Below are positions 1-8,973 of a stretch of 64,000 nucleotides of DNA, piece by piece. Both the position numbers and the translations under genes were made by a program. The stretch's first letter is position 1; every line of letters starts with the position of its first letter. The stretch is from an uncultured Gammaproteobacteria bacterium. Its GTDB lineage: Bacteria; Patescibacteriota; Microgenomatia; Levybacterales; GWA1-39-11. The notes under the pieces are model-generated. The model worked only from the letters and a program-made list of their open reading frames with translations. It was not told the DNA's origin and did no database searches. Location of the stretch: positions 67,269 through 131,268 of the forward strand of contig CAYYLC010000001.1 of the NCBI GenBank assembly GCA_964472415.1, given 5' to 3'.

Positions 1-387
1 AGTATAGAAAGAAGCAAGAGTGAGTTTGAATATCTTGTTATTGGCTTAAAACTATCTCGAGGAGAACTTAAGAAAAGGATTAGCAAACGAGTTGAAGATC
101 GAATACGAAATGGTGCATTGAAGGAGGCACGGAAATTATTTAAAGATTACAAAAATCTGAGCTCTCAGGTAACAAGTGCAAATGGGTATAGGCAATTATT
201 TGAATACTTTCTTGGGGAGATAGCCTATGATCAAGCAATAGAAAAATGGAAATTATCAGAATATAAACATGCAAAAAATCAGATGACCTGGTTTCAAAAA
301 GATGCGAGAGTTGTGTGGTTTGATGTAGGAAATAAAAGTGTCTTTGAATCTATAGAACAGAACATAGATACATTTCTGCGTACTTGA
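1..387 (+). CDS. miaA: tRNA dimethylallyltransferase, C-terminal part (5' end outside window)
   Basis: Frame is open from position 1; C-terminal MiaA-like segment (GYRQ..EYFLGEI..AIEKWK..HAKNQMTWF); TGA stop at 385-387. Confidence 0.6.
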   Translation, partial: SIERSKSEFEYLVIGLKLSRGELKKRISKRVEDRIRNGALKEARKLFKDYKNLSSQVTSANGYRQLFEYFLGEIAYDQAIEKWKLSEYKHAKNQMTWFQKDARVVWFDVGNKSVFESIEQNIDTFLRT

Positions 388-412
388 CTCAGTGAATAAA
401 TTGGCCTATAAT
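384..412 (+). promoter_or_regulatory. sigma70-like promoter of rnpB (TTGACT-17 nt-TATAAT)
   Basis: TTGACT 384-389, 17-nt spacer, TATAAT 407-412; predicted start ~419 matches the 5' arm of the RNase P P1 stem. Confidence 0.6.
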
Positions 413-418
413 AAGTAT

Positions 419-772
419 AGCCTTAGGAAGAAGGGTCGTCGCCTTGACCGTAGTAGGTTGGGGAGGAAAGTCCAGACAGGTTTAATGCCAGGGATGGAAC
501 GTAAGTTCCGGCTAGTGATAGCTAGTGTCTAGTTCCTTTATCCACATGTGGGAGCTAGAACAGGTACGGAATTAACCGGACCTGAGAGCAACAGAGACGA
601 GTGGAAGTGAAACGGGCAATCCTACCTGCTGCAACCTCCGATCGATGTAGGACGCATTATCCGCGTCGCGTAACTCGCGGCAACATCGAAGTTTGAGGGC
701 ATCAGATAGATGACGATCAAACACCGTTAGTAACGTGTTCAACAGAATCTGGCTCACTCTCTTCCTAGGGTT
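419..772 (+). ncRNA. rnpB: RNase P RNA (bacterial type A-like)
   Basis: GC-rich island (~50% GC) in AT-rich DNA with no credible ORF; GGAGGAAAGTCCAGAC (P4 5' strand) and ACAGAATCTGGCTCA (P4 3' strand) can pair; 5' CCTTAGGAAGAAG pairs with 3' CTCTTCCTAGGG as a P1 stem, followed by T6. Confidence 0.8.
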
Positions 773-793
773 TTTTAATGGTAAAATACTTGC

Positions 794-3700
794 ATGGTGA
801 CTACGGAATTCCAAAGACAATATGACTCTTTAAATCCTGCGCAGAAAGAGGCTGTTGACGCGGTAGAAGGAGCGGTAATGGTTGTTGCAGGTCCAGGAAC
901 AGGGAAAACAAAAACGCTTACAATTCGTATTGCAAATATTCTTTTAAAGACGCAAATTAATCCTGAAAACATTCTCGCGCTTACATTTACTGAGGCAGCT
1001 GCATATGAAATGAGAAAGCGACTTTTAGGGATTATTGGTCAGGATGCATATCGAGTAGAGATTACGACATTTCATTCGTTCTGTAATAATTTCATTAGGA
1101 GTCATCAAGAGGAATTTTCTGAAATTATCGCCTCAGATAGTATTAATGAAATTGAGCAAATTCAGATTTTAGAAAATATTATAAAAAAACTTTCACTTGA
1201 ACACATTAAGCCGCTAGGGGACTTAACGCATTATGTAAAGCCAGCACTTGCTGCAATAAATTCTTTGAAAATGGAAAAAGTCTTGCCGGATGAATTTATG
1301 AGTGGACTTTTGCAAATGGAGCAAGAAATTCAAAATAACGAAGATTTGCTTAACACGAAAGGAAAATACAAAGGAGAGATTAAGAGTAAGTACAAGAAAG
1401 TTTTTAAAAATATAGAAAAAAATAAAGAGCTCGTGCAAGTCTATGAAGCGTATCAGAAAAAATTACGTGAGCAAAAGAAATATGATTACTCAGATATGCT
1501 TTTGGAAGTTTTAAGGCAACTTGAGAATCATGCATATCTTTTACAGTATTTACAGGAGCGATTTCAATATTTTCTCGTTGATGAACATCAAGATACAAAC
1601 TCTGCTCAAAACATTTTAGTGGAAATGATGGCTTCATTTTTCGAAAACCCAAACTTATTTGTCGTGGGTGATGAGAAGCAGGCAATTTATAGATTCCAAG
1701 GTGCAAGCCTAGAAAACTTTTTATATTTTAAGAAAAAATATCCCGAAGCAAAGCTTATAAATCTTTCAGAAAATTATCGATCAACGCAAACAATTCTAGA
1801 TGCAACCTATTCGGTTATTTCCCATAATCGTCTTTCGACGGAAGTTTTTTCGGAAAGTATTGGACTTGTAAAAAAATCTAAATACAGAGAAGAAAAATTA
1901 AAAAAAGCAGAATTTTCATCATTTGATAACGAATATTATTGGCTTGCTGAAAAAATAAAAGGGCTTTTAAAAACGACTGATGCGAATAATATTGCAGTAT
2001 TGGTCAGAAACAATAATGATTTAAATCCTCTTACACCAGTGCTTGATAGTGAAAAAATTCCATACGAAGTAGAGTCAGAAAATGATGTTTTAGAAGATAT
2101 CGATATAGGAAAAATGATTCTGCTCCTTAGATCAATTAATAAGCCAATGGAGAATGAGTATATGCTAAAGGTAATGCTCATGGATAATTTTGAGATTAAT
2201 CCAATAGACGTGTTTAAAATTTCTCGAGAGCAGCATGAGAGAAAAATTCCCGTCTGGGAAGTATTAACAAACATTTCGCTTCTTAAGAGTTTGAGTTTGA
2301 TTGATATAAACGCAATTAAAAAATTCGTAAACCTCTATTCAGCTGAAAATGGGGGTTTGCTTAAACTTACCAGTAACAGCAGGCTTGATGAAGTATTTGT
2401 TGAGGCTTTGAATAGATCGGGGCTTATTAAAAAAATTCTCGAGAAGCCATATGCGCAGGAGATTCTTGCGCGTTTTGCACGATTATATGATGAAGTAAAA
2501 GAGATGGTTGGGAAAGACGGTTCAAGTTCGCTTTCTGATTTTATTTCCTACATAGATTTATTGAAAGATCATAAAGTATCTTTGAAAAAGAATACTCACA
2601 TAATTCCTGAAGGAGTCGTAAGGCTTATGACAGTTCATAAATCAAAAGGGCTCGAGTTTGATTATGTATTTCTAATCAATACGCACGATACGCATTGGGG
2701 AAACAAGAGAAGACGTGGGGCAAGGTTTGATATTCCTTGGGAGTATTTAGGTAGAAAATTAAAAGCAGAAATTGAAGATGAAAATAATGATGAGAGACGT
2801 CTTTTTTATGTGGCGCTAACCCGTGCACGGAAAAATGTATTTATCACATTTTCTAATTCTTCAGAAGATGGTCGTGAGCAGATTGCCTCTCAATTTCTCA
2901 CAGAAATTCCCGAAGAGCTGATTGAAGAAATTGATGTAAGAGCGTTTGAGAAAAAATTTGTAAATAATCAAGAAAGAATTTTTAAGCCTATTATAAAAAA
3001 TAAGAAGTTAAATTTTTCAAAGGAATTTGTAGCAGAAATTTTTAGGCGTCAGGGATTATCAGTTAGTGCATTAAATAATTATCTCGAATGTCCATGGAAA
3101 TATTTTTTTATAAATTTACTTCGAATTCCTGAAAAAATAGATGATTCTGGATTATTTGGAAACGCAGTCCACGAAGCGATAAGTAAATATATTATAACGG
3201 TTAAAAAGGGAGATGGAGATAAGAATTATCTTATAAAAAAATTTGAGGAATCAAGATTTCTGGAAAGTATTAACTCATCTGAAAAAGAACGATTTACAGA
3301 GCGAGGATTGAAGGCACTGAGTGGGTTTTATGATGAGCGAATGCAGTATTGGGAAAAAGATGTAGAGACAGAAATGGAAATTAAAGGGATTAGAATTAGC
3401 GACAATTTATTTTTGAATGGGAAAATTGATATGGTAGAGCCCCTCGATAAAAATATGAATGTTAATGTGTATGATTTTAAAACTGGTAATACGAAATCGA
3501 GAAATGAAATAGAAGGAAAAACAAAAGACAGTAAAGGAAATTATAAGAGGCAGCTTGTGTTTTATAAATTATTACTAGATCGATATCGAAATGGATTTTT
3601 TAAGATGAAGCAAGGGGCGATAGAATTTGTGGAGCCTAATGAAAGCGGTACTTATAAGCGTGAGATATTTGATATTACGAAAGAAGAATCGGCAGATCTT

Positions 3701-3811
3701 CTTCAAAAAACCTTAGAAATGTCAGAAGATGTTATTAATTTGGCATTTTGGGATGATCGATGTGATGATAAGAAGTGTGAATACTGTAAATTGCGAGACT
3801 ATATCGTATAA
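794..3811 (+). CDS. UvrD/PcrA-family ATP-dependent DNA helicase fused to a C-terminal PD-(D/E)xK nuclease with a four-Cys cluster (AddB/Cas4-like)
   Basis: Walker A GPGTGKT, DEHQDT (motif II), GDEKQAIYRFQGA (III), TVHKSKGLEFDYVF and YVALTRARKNVF (V/VI); C-terminal C..CPWKYF...DDRCDDKKCEYC cysteine set typical of Fe-S RecB-family nucleases. Confidence 0.8.
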   Translation: MVTTEFQRQYDSLNPAQKEAVDAVEGAVMVVAGPGTGKTKTLTIRIANILLKTQINPENILALTFTEAAAYEMRKRLLGIIGQDAYRVEITTFHSFCNNFIRSHQEEFSEIIASDSINEIEQIQILENIIKKLSLEHIKPLGDLTHYVKPALAAINSLKMEKVLPDEFMSGLLQMEQEIQNNEDLLNTKGKYKGEIKSKYKKVFKNIEKNKELVQVYEAYQKKLREQKKYDYSDMLLEVLRQLENHAYLLQYLQERFQYFLVDEHQDTNSAQNILVEMMASFFENPNLFVVGDEKQAIYRFQGASLENFLYFKKKYPEAKLINLSENYRSTQTILDATYSVISHNRLSTEVFSESIGLVKKSKYREEKLKKAEFSSFDNEYYWLAEKIKGLLKTTDANNIAVLVRNNNDLNPLTPVLDSEKIPYEVESENDVLEDIDIGKMILLLRSINKPMENEYMLKVMLMDNFEINPIDVFKISREQHERKIPVWEVLTNISLLKSLSLIDINAIKKFVNLYSAENGGLLKLTSNSRLDEVFVEALNRSGLIKKILEKPYAQEILARFARLYDEVKEMVGKDGSSSLSDFISYIDLLKDHKVSLKKNTHIIPEGVVRLMTVHKSKGLEFDYVFLINTHDTHWGNKRRRGARFDIPWEYLGRKLKAEIEDENNDERRLFYVALTRARKNVFITFSNSSEDGREQIASQFLTEIPEELIEEIDVRAFEKKFVNNQERIFKPIIKNKKLNFSKEFVAEIFRRQGLSVSALNNYLECPWKYFFINLLRIPEKIDDSGLFGNAVHEAISKYIITVKKGDGDKNYLIKKFEESRFLESINSSEKERFTERGLKALSGFYDERMQYWEKDVETEMEIKGIRISDNLFLNGKIDMVEPLDKNMNVNVYDFKTGNTKSRNEIEGKTKDSKGNYKRQLVFYKLLLDRYRNGFFKMKQGAIEFVEPNESGTYKREIFDITKEESADLLQKTLEMSEDVINLAFWDDRCDDKKCEYCKLRDYIV

Positions 3812-3821
3812 TTATATAGCT

Positions 3822-4544
3822 ATGGAAGAGAGTGATAAGCCTTTTAAGATTCCCTTTATAAAAAAAGAACAATTGAATAGCGACACTTATTCTTTTTATT
3901 TTAAACGGACAGAAGAGTCCCGTGATTTTTTACCAGGACAATTTTTTGAAATATACCTTCAGATTAAAGACCCTGATGAGCGGGGGCGCGATAGAGTATT
4001 TACCTGTGCTTCTAGTCCTACAGAAAAAGAGTACTACATGATTACAACCAGAATTATAGAGAGCTCATTTAAAAGAGAGCTATTAAAACTTGAAGAGGGA
4101 GATCTCGTGAGATTTAGTGGTCCATGGGATGATTTAAACTTTGATGAGAATGAAAAAGCTCCACAGGTTTTTTTGGCGGGAGGTATCGGGATAACGCCAT
4201 TTTACAGCATTGTGCAATATATGATAGATAAAAATCTGCAGATGCCAACAAGGCTGTTTGTGTCATGGAAGAAGAGGGATAATATGATATTTCATGAGTT
4301 TTTTAAAAATGCAGAAAAGATTCTTTCTGATTTTACCTATATCCCAACAATAACTGAAGATACATGGGATGGAGAAGTGGGGAGAATTGATGATGGAATG
4401 ATAAGAAAATATGTAAATGAAATAGAGGATTCTCGATATAGAATTGCAGGACCCGAAGGGCTTGTAAGAGCGATGAAGGATTTGGTAAAAAGCCTAGAAG
4501 TTAAAAAGGACAATATTATCGCTGAGGAGTTTGAGGGTTACTAG
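3822..4544 (+). CDS. FAD/NAD(P)-binding oxidoreductase (ferredoxin-reductase-type electron-transfer subunit)
   Basis: RVFTCASSP (FAD-binding RxYS-like motif) and FLAGGIGITPFYS (NAD-binding GGxGxxP); start chosen at the ATG after the upstream stop; the track ORF from 3729 overlaps the helicase. Confidence 0.6.
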   Translation: MEESDKPFKIPFIKKEQLNSDTYSFYFKRTEESRDFLPGQFFEIYLQIKDPDERGRDRVFTCASSPTEKEYYMITTRIIESSFKRELLKLEEGDLVRFSGPWDDLNFDENEKAPQVFLAGGIGITPFYSIVQYMIDKNLQMPTRLFVSWKKRDNMIFHEFFKNAEKILSDFTYIPTITEDTWDGEVGRIDDGMIRKYVNEIEDSRYRIAGPEGLVRAMKDLVKSLEVKKDNIIAEEFEGY

Positions 4545-4836
4545 CAGATATTAGTTGTTCTTTTTTTTGTTTATCTAATTTTTTGATTTCAGTTTCTCTT
4601 CTCATTGCTAAACTTTTTGTTCCAAATTTTTCAGAATATAATATTCTTACTGGGCGCCTTGATCTGGTATATTTTGCACCTGGTAATTTCCCTGTTCCAT
4701 TATGTTCACTTTCTCGAACTGAAATATTTGTAGTGTAGCCAGTGTAGTACGTGCCATCAGAGCAGAGTGCTATGTATACATAGTATCTTTCTAATAAATT
4801 ATCCATATCACTAATATAGCTTAGCAGATTGTTCAA
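4516..4836 (-). CDS. GIY-YIG nuclease superfamily protein (UPF0213-like)
   Basis: YYVYIALCSDGTYYTGYTTNISVRESEHN..GAKYTRSRRPVRILYSE is a textbook GIY-YIG core. Confidence 0.7.
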   Translation of the reverse strand: MNNLLSYISDMDNLLERYYVYIALCSDGTYYTGYTTNISVRESEHNGTGKLPGAKYTRSRRPVRILYSEKFGTKSLAMRRETEIKKLDKQKKEQLISASNPQTPQR

Positions 4837-5040
4837 AAAAATTGTTAATTTTAGATTATTATGGGTTCGGCTCTTATTCTATAGCTAGTTTGTGATTTGT
4901 GTCACAAGTATCTTGTAATATTTTATACATACAAAGAGATTTTAAAATACTAGTATAGAGATAGAATGAGAATAACCTTTTTCAAAAAAGCACATCTACA
5001 ATCTCTGAGGAAAATAGTGTAGCTTTAGGGGGTGATATAT

Positions 5041-5205
5041 ATGAAAATAGAGGTAATACCACTGAATATAAGAAAGATAAAGCATAATAGTTTAGGTAAT
5101 TATGCTGAGTATTTGGATGAGCTTATAGGAATGAAGCTTCGTGAATGGAATAAGATGAAGAGTGCGATAACTCCTCGACGAACTTTAAAAAAGGTACTCA
5201 CATAA
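5041..5205 (+). CDS. small hypothetical protein (54 aa), not in the ORF track
   Basis: ATG 5041 preceded by GGGGGTGA 6 nt upstream; lies in a 500-bp gap between two minus-strand genes; hairpin 5258-5282 downstream. Confidence 0.3.
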   Translation: MKIEVIPLNIRKIKHNSLGNYAEYLDELIGMKLREWNKMKSAITPRRTLKKVLT

Positions 5206-5257
5206 TATTAAGCTTTTAAAAGTTCGAATTTGAGGAGGATGGAAGCTAAGTCACTAT

Positions 5258-5282
5258 GGGGTAAAGCATGTTATTTTACCCC
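5258..5282 (+). terminator. 8-bp stem-loop GGGGTAAA-9nt-TTTACCCC, possible terminator
   Basis: Perfect inverted repeat downstream of the small ORF and of rmuC's 3' end; flanking T-run is weak (GAUAUUAUUG). Confidence 0.3.
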
Positions 5283-5335
5283 GATATTATTGAAAAAAAT
5301 TGCAGAAGAATTAAAAAATTGTTGAGAGAACTAAT

Positions 5336-6292
5336 TTACTCTATAAGCTTCTTAATCTTTTTATCCTCAACTTCCCCTAATTCATTTGTTGTCTCTATTT
5401 GTTGGCCGAGTTTGTTAAATCCACTTGTTACTGATGTCATCATGTTGTAGCTGTTTGTCACATGGCGGGAGAGGGTGTCTAGATTGTCACTTACTTTTTC
5501 ATATTCTTTCTGAACACTTCTTAAATTCGCCAAAATTTTATGCGCTTGTTGGGAAATTTTTTGTCCTTCAAATCCGATGAGGATGGATCTGAGAAATGCA
5601 TAGAACGTCATGGGGGAGACTGCAAGAACTCGTTTCTTTGTGGCATGGTCGTAAAGTGAAGAGTCATTTACGATTTCATAGTACACACTTTCTGAGGGGA
5701 CGTACATGAGCGCAAAGTCTATCGTCCCTTCGTTTGTGAGAATGTATTTGCTAGAGATCGCGTCAATATGTTTTTTTATATCTGAGAGAAATTCTTTTTC
5801 GTAAAGCTTTTTCTCTCTGCTATCTTCTGTGCTATGAGATTTCTTGAAGCTCTCCATGGGGAATTTTGAATCAATCGGGATGATGCCGGCTTCTGTGATG
5901 ATTGCAGCATCCACTATAGATCCACTTTTAAATCTATGTTGTAATTTATACGTATTTTTGGGGAGAAACTGCCCGAGAAGTTCTTTCAGGACTTGCTCGC
6001 CAATGTTTCCGCGAAGCTTTGGGGAATTGAGAAATTCTTGGAGCTCTTTCATGTTCCGTCCGATTTCTGACATCTCACCGAGTGATTTTTGGACGGACGC
6101 AAAAGCTTGAGCAGCAGAATTTAATCTATTATTCATCTCCGTAGAATTTGTATCAAGACGTTTATCCATAGACTTAAGCCATTCGACAACCGTAGTGTTG
6201 TCTTTGGTGTTTTGTTTTTTGGAAATAAGATAGATAACTATTCCAAAGCCAATAATAAGGATTGAAGATATTATGAGTAGATCAATATTCAT
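5336..6292 (-). CDS. rmuC: DNA recombination protein RmuC
   Basis: N-terminal TM, coiled coil, then RmuC core (LRGNIGEQVLKELL...IIPIDSKFPMESF...YVPSESVYYEI). Confidence 0.8.
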   Translation of the reverse strand: MNIDLLIISSILIIGFGIVIYLISKKQNTKDNTTVVEWLKSMDKRLDTNSTEMNNRLNSAAQAFASVQKSLGEMSEIGRNMKELQEFLNSPKLRGNIGEQVLKELLGQFLPKNTYKLQHRFKSGSIVDAAIITEAGIIPIDSKFPMESFKKSHSTEDSREKKLYEKEFLSDIKKHIDAISSKYILTNEGTIDFALMYVPSESVYYEIVNDSSLYDHATKKRVLAVSPMTFYAFLRSILIGFEGQKISQQAHKILANLRSVQKEYEKVSDNLDTLSRHVTNSYNMMTSVTSGFNKLGQQIETTNELGEVEDKKIKKLIE

Positions 6293-6301
6293 GAATGAAA
6301 T

Positions 6302-6877
6302 TTATTTTACATTAATATTATTCTTTTCCAAAACTTCATAAAGAACTATTCCTAAAGAGACCATGACATTGAGACTTTTGTTTATTCCTAATTGAGGGAG
6401 CTCGACAATTTTATCGCACAAGGAAAGAACATCCTTCGAGATTCCGTCCGATTCATGACCTACGATGAGTGCTATTGGAAGGTCGTAATTTGACTGAGTG
6501 TATTCAATCGATCTGTTATCTAGCTCTACACCAATTATTTTTATGTTAGGCACTGTTTCTCTGAGATGTTTTATTGCGTCTAATGTTTCAGAAAAGTATT
6601 CCCATTCGACCCATTGCCATGTGCCAACTGATGCTTTTTGGATCCTGCTATTTGGTGGAGTTTCTGAGCCTTTACACAAAAATATTTTTTTTGCACCGAC
6701 CGCATCGGCAAGTCGGAAAATACTTCCAATATTATAAGTGTCTAACACATCATCAAGAATAATATAAATATCCTGGCGGGTTTTTTTCAGCTCTTCGAGT
6801 TCTTCTTCTGTTGGGACTTTTATTCTGAGGACTTCTGCTCCAAGTTTATCATTTTTGTTCATTTTGTTGTGCTTCAT
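6302..6877 (-). CDS. SpoU/TrmH-family RNA 2'-O-methyltransferase
   Basis: SpoU motifs NIGSIFRLADAVG, LIVGHESDGIS, SLNVMVSLGIVLYE; an internal ATG at 6862 is an alternative start that shortens the overlap with topA. Confidence 0.75.
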   Translation of the reverse strand: MKHNKMNKNDKLGAEVLRIKVPTEEELEELKKTRQDIYIILDDVLDTYNIGSIFRLADAVGAKKIFLCKGSETPPNSRIQKASVGTWQWVEWEYFSETLDAIKHLRETVPNIKIIGVELDNRSIEYTQSNYDLPIALIVGHESDGISKDVLSLCDKIVELPQLGINKSLNVMVSLGIVLYEVLEKNNINVK

Positions 6878-8885
6878 TTGCTTTTATGACATCTTCTTTT
6901 TTCCATGCTGCATATTTGCAATTTGGGTAATTTGCGCAACCAAAAAATATTCTCCCTTTTCGTGTCCGTCGTACGATTACTTTTCCTCCATCGTCAGGGC
7001 ATGCAAGATCTGTATCTTCTGTGAATGATTCTTTGTAGTCACATTCTGGGAAATTCTCACATGCTAAAAACTTTCCGAATCTGCTTTGTCTGATGATTAG
7101 TCTTCCATTATCTTTTGGACACATCTTGTCTGAATATTCAGGTTCTACTTCTATTCTTTCTGCACTTTCTGCTTTTTCTAACTCCTTTTCAAATGGTGTA
7201 TAAAACTCTCTCATCATAGGAATCCACTCCATGTTTCCGTTCGCGATTTCGTCAAGTTTATCTTCGAGATTTGCAGTAAACGGAATATCGTCAATATTCG
7301 AAAAGTTTTTTACCAGAAAATCATTTACAGAATTCCCAATTTTAGTAGGGTTGAGCCTTCCTTCTTCTTTTTCAACATAAAATCTATCGTAAAGTGTTGA
7401 GATGGTTGGTGCATAGGTTGATGGGCGACCGATGCCATGTTTTTCTAGAGATGAGATGAGGGATGCTTCGTTATAGCGAGGAGGTGGCGAAGAATTATGC
7501 TCTGTAATATCACTGTTGTTATATTTTAGAATTTCTCCAACTGTAACCTCTGGAAGGATTTGTTCATTTTCCTCTTTCACACTATATACTTTTAAAAAAC
7601 CATCAAACTTGAGGATTCTCCCATTTGCTTCAAATAATAAATCGGAACTATTTGCTTTTGTTTCAATCTGAATTTTTGTCAGTGCATAGATGGCTTCTGT
7701 CATTTGAGAAGCGACTGCACGTCTCCAAATAAGATCATACAGTTTTGCAAAATCTGCACCGAGCTTTTCTTCAATTTCCTTCTTGTCGAGTGCAACGTTG
7801 GTTGGACGAATTGCCTCATGTGCTTCTTGGGCAACTTTAGACTTCGTTTTATAAAGTTTTGGAGAATTAGGAGTGTATTCTTTTCCATATGTTTTTGTGA
7901 GATATTCTCGTGAAGCAGTAATGAAATCATTTGAGAGATTAAACGAGTCAGTTCTATGGTAGGTAATATATCCATTTTCATACAATTTTTGTGCAATACT
8001 CATCGTACGTTTTCCGGTATAGGAGAAACGGCGAAACGCTGCCTGCTGGAGCTTTGAGGTTGTAAACGGAGGGTAGGGTGACCGCTTACTTTCTTTTTGT
8101 TCAATGTTTGAGATCGGAAAGTCTTTTGTAGCGATATCTTTTACAATGTCTTCGAGTTCTTCACGAGTTAGATGTGTTATTTTATAGGAATAAACTCCAT
8201 CGTACAGGTTGAGTTTTTTACTCTCCTCTATACTTTCTCCATTCTTTTTAACAAGATTGAAAATTATATTTGCATCATCATTTTGCTTCGTGAGGATTAG
8301 TGTAAGGCGATAAAATGTTTGTCCTGTAAATTTCCCTATCTCTCGTTCTCGTTCGACGATGAGTCTGAGGGCAACAGATTGAACTCGTCCTGCAGAAAGA
8401 TTTCGCTTTACTTTTTTCCAGAGAAGTGGGGAAAGTTTATATCCTACAACGCGATCTAGAACTCGTCGGGCGGTTTGTGCGCTGACTAAATTCTCATCAA
8501 TCTCTCTCGTATGTTTGAGTGCATCAAGGATCGCATTTTTTGTAATCTCATGAAAGACGATCCTTTTAAATTGGGATTTTTTATTTACTTCTTGAAGAAT
8601 TGTTTTCAAATGATGCGCAATTGCTTCTCCTTCACGATCAGGGTCTGTTGCCAGAATTATCTCCGGTGCATCCTTTGCGATTTTTTTGAGCTCCTTTACA
8701 TTTTTTGTTTTATCTCGTGGGATTATGTAATCGGGGGTAAAGTTGTTTTCCAGATCAACACCAATTCTGCTTTTTGGGAGATCTCGAATATGCCCCATTG
8801 AAGCGATGATTTTATAATCCTTCCCAATAAACTTTGTAAGTGTTTTTGCTTTAGTTGGTGACTCGACAAGTATTAGATTTTTCAT
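6849..8885 (-). CDS. topA: DNA topoisomerase I with C-terminal Zn-ribbon repeats
   Basis: Toprim N-terminus MKNLILVESPTKAKTL, active-site region ITYHRTDS, C-terminal CxxC...CxxC pairs. Confidence 0.95.
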   Translation of the reverse strand: MKNLILVESPTKAKTLTKFIGKDYKIIASMGHIRDLPKSRIGVDLENNFTPDYIIPRDKTKNVKELKKIAKDAPEIILATDPDREGEAIAHHLKTILQEVNKKSQFKRIVFHEITKNAILDALKHTREIDENLVSAQTARRVLDRVVGYKLSPLLWKKVKRNLSAGRVQSVALRLIVEREREIGKFTGQTFYRLTLILTKQNDDANIIFNLVKKNGESIEESKKLNLYDGVYSYKITHLTREELEDIVKDIATKDFPISNIEQKESKRSPYPPFTTSKLQQAAFRRFSYTGKRTMSIAQKLYENGYITYHRTDSFNLSNDFITASREYLTKTYGKEYTPNSPKLYKTKSKVAQEAHEAIRPTNVALDKKEIEEKLGADFAKLYDLIWRRAVASQMTEAIYALTKIQIETKANSSDLLFEANGRILKFDGFLKVYSVKEENEQILPEVTVGEILKYNNSDITEHNSSPPPRYNEASLISSLEKHGIGRPSTYAPTISTLYDRFYVEKEEGRLNPTKIGNSVNDFLVKNFSNIDDIPFTANLEDKLDEIANGNMEWIPMMREFYTPFEKELEKAESAERIEVEPEYSDKMCPKDNGRLIIRQSRFGKFLACENFPECDYKESFTEDTDLACPDDGGKVIVRRTRKGRIFFGCANYPNCKYAAWKKEDVIKANEAQQNEQK

Positions 8886-8973
8886 AATGATTCAAAAAAG
8901 TATAACATACTTTGCTTTTTTACATTAAGCATGGGATTATAAGGATGAAAATAAGTTTTCGCAAGTTTTTATA

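Noticed and set aside
572-972. Two minus-strand ORFs (572-820, 775-972) overlapping the GC-rich region and the helicase start
   Set aside because: They are antisense to the RNase P RNA and helicase 5' end. The high GC of a structured RNA gene tends to create spurious open frames, and there are no start signals.
1223-2274. Three minus-strand ORFs (71-112 aa) inside the helicase gene
   Set aside because: They are low-complexity, Ile/Phe/Leu-rich antisense translations of an AT-rich gene with intact helicase motifs on the plus strand.
3729-3821. N-terminal extension of the FNR-like ORF back to 3729
   Set aside because: It would overlap the last 83 nt of the helicase gene. The ATG at 3822, just after the helicase stop, gives a conventional N-terminus (MEESDKPFKIPF).
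5268-5450. 60-aa plus-strand ORF starting in the loop of the 5258-5282 hairpin
   Set aside because: It is antisense to the rmuC 3' end and hydrophobic low-complexity. The only SD, GAGGAGG, is 27 nt away and abuts a different ATG with zero spacing.
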